NCBI GenBank assembly: GCA_965223665.1
Contig: OZ245011.1
Location: forward strand, 1,216,001 to 1,280,000
Source: Nitrospinaceae bacterium
Lineage (GTDB): Bacteria > Nitrospinota > Nitrospinia > Nitrospinales > Nitrospinaceae
DNA length: 64,000 nt
Direction: 5' to 3'
Part shown: positions 59,927 through 64,000 of the stretch, piece after piece
How the letters are laid out: each line of letters begins with the position of its first letter
How positions within the stretch are numbered: the first letter of the stretch is position 1
Translations under genes and position numbers: made by a program
The notes under the pieces: generated by a model
Database searches by the model: none
What the model was told of the DNA's origin: nothing
What the model saw: only the letters and a program-made list of their open reading frames with translations

Positions 59927-62421
59927 AAAACATAAAATTATTTTTAATTATTTGGTTGGCCTTCTTGGCCTTTTATGGATGCTCAAAAAAATCAGCCATT
60001 GAACAACTTAACTATAGGAATAATGATCCTGTAGAAGCAATGCGTTTACCGCCGAAAGATGGGGTCATAATTTCTTCTGAGCAATCCACAACCAAAAAAC
60101 CGTCTGAACCTTCTCCTGAAGACATTGATCTCTCCCGGATTAAAGACTTGCAAAAAGGTCCCTTACAAAAGTTTGTTACTATCAAAGAAGACAATGTTTC
60201 TTTGCTAAAAGGACCAGGCGTTAAATTTCAAACCCTGGGTTCTGTCAATAAAGGAGAAAAGTTTAAAGTCCTTAGAGTCATTCCGAGCACTGAGAGCGAA
60301 CCCATCTGGTACCTGGTGGAATATCCCAAAATAGGCAAAGTATTTATTTCTAGTTTAAAGACCGAACTTTCGGAAGAGAAAGTCAAAGCCCCGCGTAAAG
60401 TCAGTTTAAAGGAAGGAAAAAAAATCTCTTCTTCTAAAGTAAGAAGTGTATTGAGAACAGAACCAAAACTACCCAAAGAATTAAAAAGCGCAAAACATAT
60501 TACTCTAAACTTTGAAGGAACTGATATTTATGACATCATCACTACCTTCTGTGATCTTTTAAAAATAAATTATATTATTGAAGGGGATATCTCAGGGAAA
60601 GTTACTCTTCAAACTTTTAGCAAAATTCCTGCAAAAGATTTATATTCTGTTTTCGAGCAAATCTTAGCTGTCAACAATATTACAGTAACCCGGAGCGGTG
60701 AATTCTATCGTTTCCTTCCGATTAAAGAAGCAGCACGGAAACCTTTAAGCTTATATTATGGAAACGATTCTAAAATTCCGTATAAAGACAGATTAATTAT
60801 TCAAATCATCCCCTTGAAGCATTTAACGCCTCCAGCAATGAAGAAAGTAATATCTCCTATTCTTTCTCCCAATGCACAATTGATCGATGTACCAGAGACC
60901 AACAATTTAATTCTAATCGAATTAGGGACAAATATCCGGCGGATCAGTAAGGTTATAAAAGCCTTGGATGTCGACAAACTGGCTTCATCAGACATCCACT
61001 TATTTAAAATTGCACATTCTGATTCAGATGAAGTAGTAGATGAACTCAATGAAATTTTTACTTCCATTGGATATGGGGCAGCTTTGGAAAAGTCTTTAAC
61101 TTTTCTTTCGGTTAAACGACTAAATTCAATTTTAGTTGTCAGTTCTTTACCAGATATCCATGGCGTTGTAGACTTTTGGATTCAAAAGCTGGATCAACCC
61201 GCTTCCAGCGGATCGTTAAGTACTTTCGTTTACTATATTCAAAACGCGGAGGCCGACAAATTATCAACCATACTTACTTCAATTTTTGACACTAAAAAAT
61301 CTAAAAAAACTGATACCCGATCCAAAAGAAAGTCCAGATCCTCAAAAAACAAAAAGAAAGATGACAAAAAGAAACGGACTAGAGACCGGGATAACGATCG
61401 CAATGTAAATGTTAAAGGCAGTATCAACACAGACTTTGAGGGAGAAATCCATATAATCCCAGATCAAGATACCAATTCTCTTGTAATCAGAACTTTATCC
61501 AGAAATTATCCAGCAATCCTGGAATTAATTAAAAAACTGGATTTACTACCTCAACAAGTTCTTATAGAAGTTCTAATACTCGATTTAACTTTGGATGAAG
61601 AAACACGGTTAGGAATAGAATGGGCTTTAAAAGGAACAGTGGGAGATGATGGTATTAATGGCGGAGATAAAATAATTGGTGGCGGAAGTGGATCGGCAGC
61701 TGTACCCACTCTTGGTTCCCAAATCGGTGATACTGCTACCTCACTCTTTGCGCCAGGCGCCAGTTTCTTTGTTCAAAGAAAAGATAAACTCATTGCTCTT
61801 CTTCAGGCTTTTTCTTCTGATTCCAAAATAAATATCATTGCAAACCCCATTTTGGTCACCTCTGATAACAAAGAAGCAAATATTTCCATCACAGACGATA
61901 TTCCAATTCAGAGTTCTACTATTAGCACTCCCACAGCTGGACAACCTTTAACTCAAACAAGCATTGAGTTCCGAGATGTCGGAATCAAGCTGGGTATTCT
62001 TCCTAAAATAAATAGAGACAATTTTGTTAATTTAAAAATAGACCAGGAAATCAGTGATCAAGGTCCTATTATTCAAAATACTCCCTCATTCATTACAAGA
62101 ACCGTTAAGACTGAAGTGGTCCTTAAGGATAATGAAATTTTAGTGATGGGTGGACTTATGAGAACAAACTCAACTGAAACCATAAGCGGGGTTCCATTTC
62201 TTAAAGATATTCCCTGGCTTGGCAAACTGTTTAGCACTACGAATGTAGATACAAGGAAAACTGAATTAATGTTATTTATCACACCCCATATAATTTCAAA
62301 TACTGATGATCAAAAATTCGTTACTGACCAATTCAAAAGAAAATTGAGCAACCTCTCAGAAGTAGTAAAACCTACTGCCTTCCACGAAGATGTGCCGAAC
62401 TACAGAAATTCTAACAATTGA
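59923..62421 (+). CDS. gspD: T2SS secretin, lipoprotein with SH3b-like N-terminal domain
   Basis: FYGC lipobox; ITLNFEGTDI N0; LDLLPQQVLIEV; VPFLKDIPWLGKLF; TELMLFITPHI. Confidence 0.95.
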   Translation: MKNIKLFLIIWLAFLAFYGCSKKSAIEQLNYRNNDPVEAMRLPPKDGVIISSEQSTTKKPSEPSPEDIDLSRIKDLQKGPLQKFVTIKEDNVSLLKGPGVKFQTLGSVNKGEKFKVLRVIPSTESEPIWYLVEYPKIGKVFISSLKTELSEEKVKAPRKVSLKEGKKISSSKVRSVLRTEPKLPKELKSAKHITLNFEGTDIYDIITTFCDLLKINYIIEGDISGKVTLQTFSKIPAKDLYSVFEQILAVNNITVTRSGEFYRFLPIKEAARKPLSLYYGNDSKIPYKDRLIIQIIPLKHLTPPAMKKVISPILSPNAQLIDVPETNNLILIELGTNIRRISKVIKALDVDKLASSDIHLFKIAHSDSDEVVDELNEIFTSIGYGAALEKSLTFLSVKRLNSILVVSSLPDIHGVVDFWIQKLDQPASSGSLSTFVYYIQNAEADKLSTILTSIFDTKKSKKTDTRSKRKSRSSKNKKKDDKKKRTRDRDNDRNVNVKGSINTDFEGEIHIIPDQDTNSLVIRTLSRNYPAILELIKKLDLLPQQVLIEVLILDLTLDEETRLGIEWALKGTVGDDGINGGDKIIGGGSGSAAVPTLGSQIGDTATSLFAPGASFFVQRKDKLIALLQAFSSDSKINIIANPILVTSDNKEANISITDDIPIQSSTISTPTAGQPLTQTSIEFRDVGIKLGILPKINRDNFVNLKIDQEISDQGPIIQNTPSFITRTVKTEVVLKDNEILVMGGLMRTNSTETISGVPFLKDIPWLGKLFSTTNVDTRKTELMLFITPHIISNTDDQKFVTDQFKRKLSNLSEVVKPTAFHEDVPNYRNSNN

Positions 62422-62554
62422 ATTTCTTCAAAAAATTAGGGGAAATCATTATTTTTTAGGGGGTTAACCGGGTGATCCTTCCCAGAACCATGATATAATG
62501 CCCCCATCTTTTTTATCCTAGAAAAAAGATTTTATTGATAGACTGGGGTGGTTA

Positions 62555-62582
62555 TTGACTTAACCAACGGTTTCCGTATAAT
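62555..62582 (+). promoter_or_regulatory. Putative sigma70 promoter of cysK
   Basis: TTGACT-16 nt-TATAAT. Confidence 0.6.
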
Positions 62583-62631
62583 TTTCCATTTAATTTAAAG
62601 TCACCCACGCATTTTAGGGCTATAAATCCTT

Positions 62632-63567
62632 ATGTTAGAAAAGTTTAAATGCAAATCAGATAACAGCTTAGAACTGATTGGGGGAACCCCATTGGTAAAA
62701 ATTAATAAGGTGACTCCACCGGATGGAGCCCAAATTTTTGCCAAGCTGGAATCTAACAATCCGGGTGGTAGTGTGAAAGACCGCATTGCTTTGTCAATGA
62801 TAGAAGACGCAGAACGAAGTGGGAAAATTAAGCCCGGTGCCACCATCGTTGAACCTACCAGTGGTAACACAGGGATAGGTTTGGCTCTGGTTGGGGCAGT
62901 CAAAGGTTATAACGTAACTCTTGTGATGTCTGAAAATATGAGTATGGAGCGCCGAGCCATTTTAGAAAGCTATGGAGCAAAACTTGAGCTCAGTCGGGCA
63001 GAATTCGGAATGCAGGGAACTATCGAACGTGCAGAGGAACTCGTTGCGCAAAACTCAGATTATTTTATGCCTCAGCAATTTAATAACTCAGCAAATCCAG
63101 AAATTCACCGGCAAACTACCGGACCAGAAATCATTTCTGCTATGGAGGGAGAAGCCGTAGATGCATTTGTGGCAGGAATAGGTACTGGAGGAACCATTAC
63201 GGGCACAGGGGAAGTTTTAAAACAACATTTTGGATTTACTAAAGTCGTGGGTGTTGAGCCTGCCACTTCTGCAGTTTTATCCGGACAACCCGCAGGTCCT
63301 CATAAAATACAGGGTATTGGAGCTGGTTTCCAACCTAAGGTTTTGAATATGTCTATATTAGACGATATCCTTCCCGTCACTGATGAAGATTCTTACGAAT
63401 ATACGCAAAGGTTGGCTAAAGAAGAAGGATTACTTGTGGGTATTTCATCGGGAGCAGCCCTTTATGCCGCCTACCAAGTTGCAAAGGACTTAGGGGCGGG
63501 GAAAAATGTGGTGGTGATCCTTCCTGACACAGGAGAACGATATTTTAGTTTTTATCAATATTTTTAA
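62632..63567 (+). CDS. cysK: Cysteine synthase A
   Basis: NPGGSVKDR, EPTSGNTG, QQFNN, GTGGT, HKIQGIGAGF, PDTGERY. Confidence 0.96.
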   Translation: MLEKFKCKSDNSLELIGGTPLVKINKVTPPDGAQIFAKLESNNPGGSVKDRIALSMIEDAERSGKIKPGATIVEPTSGNTGIGLALVGAVKGYNVTLVMSENMSMERRAILESYGAKLELSRAEFGMQGTIERAEELVAQNSDYFMPQQFNNSANPEIHRQTTGPEIISAMEGEAVDAFVAGIGTGGTITGTGEVLKQHFGFTKVVGVEPATSAVLSGQPAGPHKIQGIGAGFQPKVLNMSILDDILPVTDEDSYEYTQRLAKEEGLLVGISSGAALYAAYQVAKDLGAGKNVVVILPDTGERYFSFYQYF

Positions 63568-63622
63568 TTTTTTTTCGATTTAATCGAATTAGTTTTTATA
63601 AAAATTTTACCAGGATAGTTAC

Positions 63623-64000
63623 ATGGGTTTTGTAAAAGGATTACGTTGTAAAGAATGCGGAAAAAATTATGAAAAACTTCCCATTCATGTTTGTGAATAT
63701 TGCTTTGGTCCCCTGGAAGTGGATTACGATTATGAAGGTATTAAGAAAGTAATTAGTCGTAAGTCCATTGAATCAGGTCCGCCCTCTATGTGGCGTTACA
63801 AAGAATTAATGCCAATAGATGAAGAACCTAAAGTTGGGCTTCATACTGGATATACCCCACTGGTCAAAGCTAAAAACTTAGGTAAAGCATTAGGTCTCAA
63901 TAATCTTTATCTGAAAAATGATTCAGTAAATCACCCCACCTTCTCCTTCAAAGATCGTGTGGTGGCAGTTGCAGTCTCAAAAACGCTAGAGTTTGGCTTT
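63623..64000 (+). CDS. thrC: Threonine synthase-family PLP enzyme (3' truncated; not in ORF track)
   Basis: Own translation: MGFVKGLRCKECG...CEYCFGPLEVDYDY...MWRYKELMP...GYTPLV...NHPTFSFKDR. Confidence 0.9.
   Translation, partial: MGFVKGLRCKECGKNYEKLPIHVCEYCFGPLEVDYDYEGIKKVISRKSIESGPPSMWRYKELMPIDEEPKVGLHTGYTPLVKAKNLGKALGLNNLYLKNDSVNHPTFSFKDRVVAVAVSKTLEFGF

Noticed and set aside
62422-62631. SAM riboswitch or T-box upstream of cysK
   Set aside because: No S-box or T-box consensus; the putative promoter leaves a leader of only about 45 nt
1536-63160. Many 60-140 aa antisense or nested ORFs in the track (e.g. 5752-6111, 10817-11134, 45506-45925, 62601-62903)
   Set aside because: They lie within well-supported genes and show no motifs; treated as shadow ORFs

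Overview
AT-rich bacterial chromosomal window, mostly core genes. The gene content and style suggest a marine Nitrospinota-like or deltaproteobacteria-like organism; this is an inference. In order: the 3' end of a complex I operon (nuoL partial, nuoM, nuoN), tatA, two TPR proteins, rpe, a CLC-CBS anion transporter with apbE, copA, a cyclase-family protein, coaBC, a galT-like/glgA/GAF-histidine kinase/response regulator/dNK block, panBCD behind a structured attenuator, mutL, rnd, tsaB, a methyltransferase/FAD-oxidoreductase pair, a lipoprotein cytochrome c, an Ahb/NirJ-like radical SAM gene, a GC-richer ~5.9 kb gene for a secreted LTD-fucolectin-CotH-HYR-DNRLRE protein with three near-identical 828-bp tandem repeats (frameshifted in the middle copy), an ankyrin protein, a type II secretion cluster (gspC-like,E,F,G,H,I,J,K,L,M,D), cysK and the start of thrC. 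No rRNA, tRNA, CRISPR array or transposase was seen. Most notable: a pan-motif-like terminator/antiterminator leader, a CLC with Val in place of the gating glutamate, the giant CotH/lectin protein with a mosaic repeat, a lipoprotein secretin carrying an SH3b-like domain, and a 5' hairpin that bulges out a Shine-Dalgarno sequence. All calls come from motif recognition by eye; no database searches were run.
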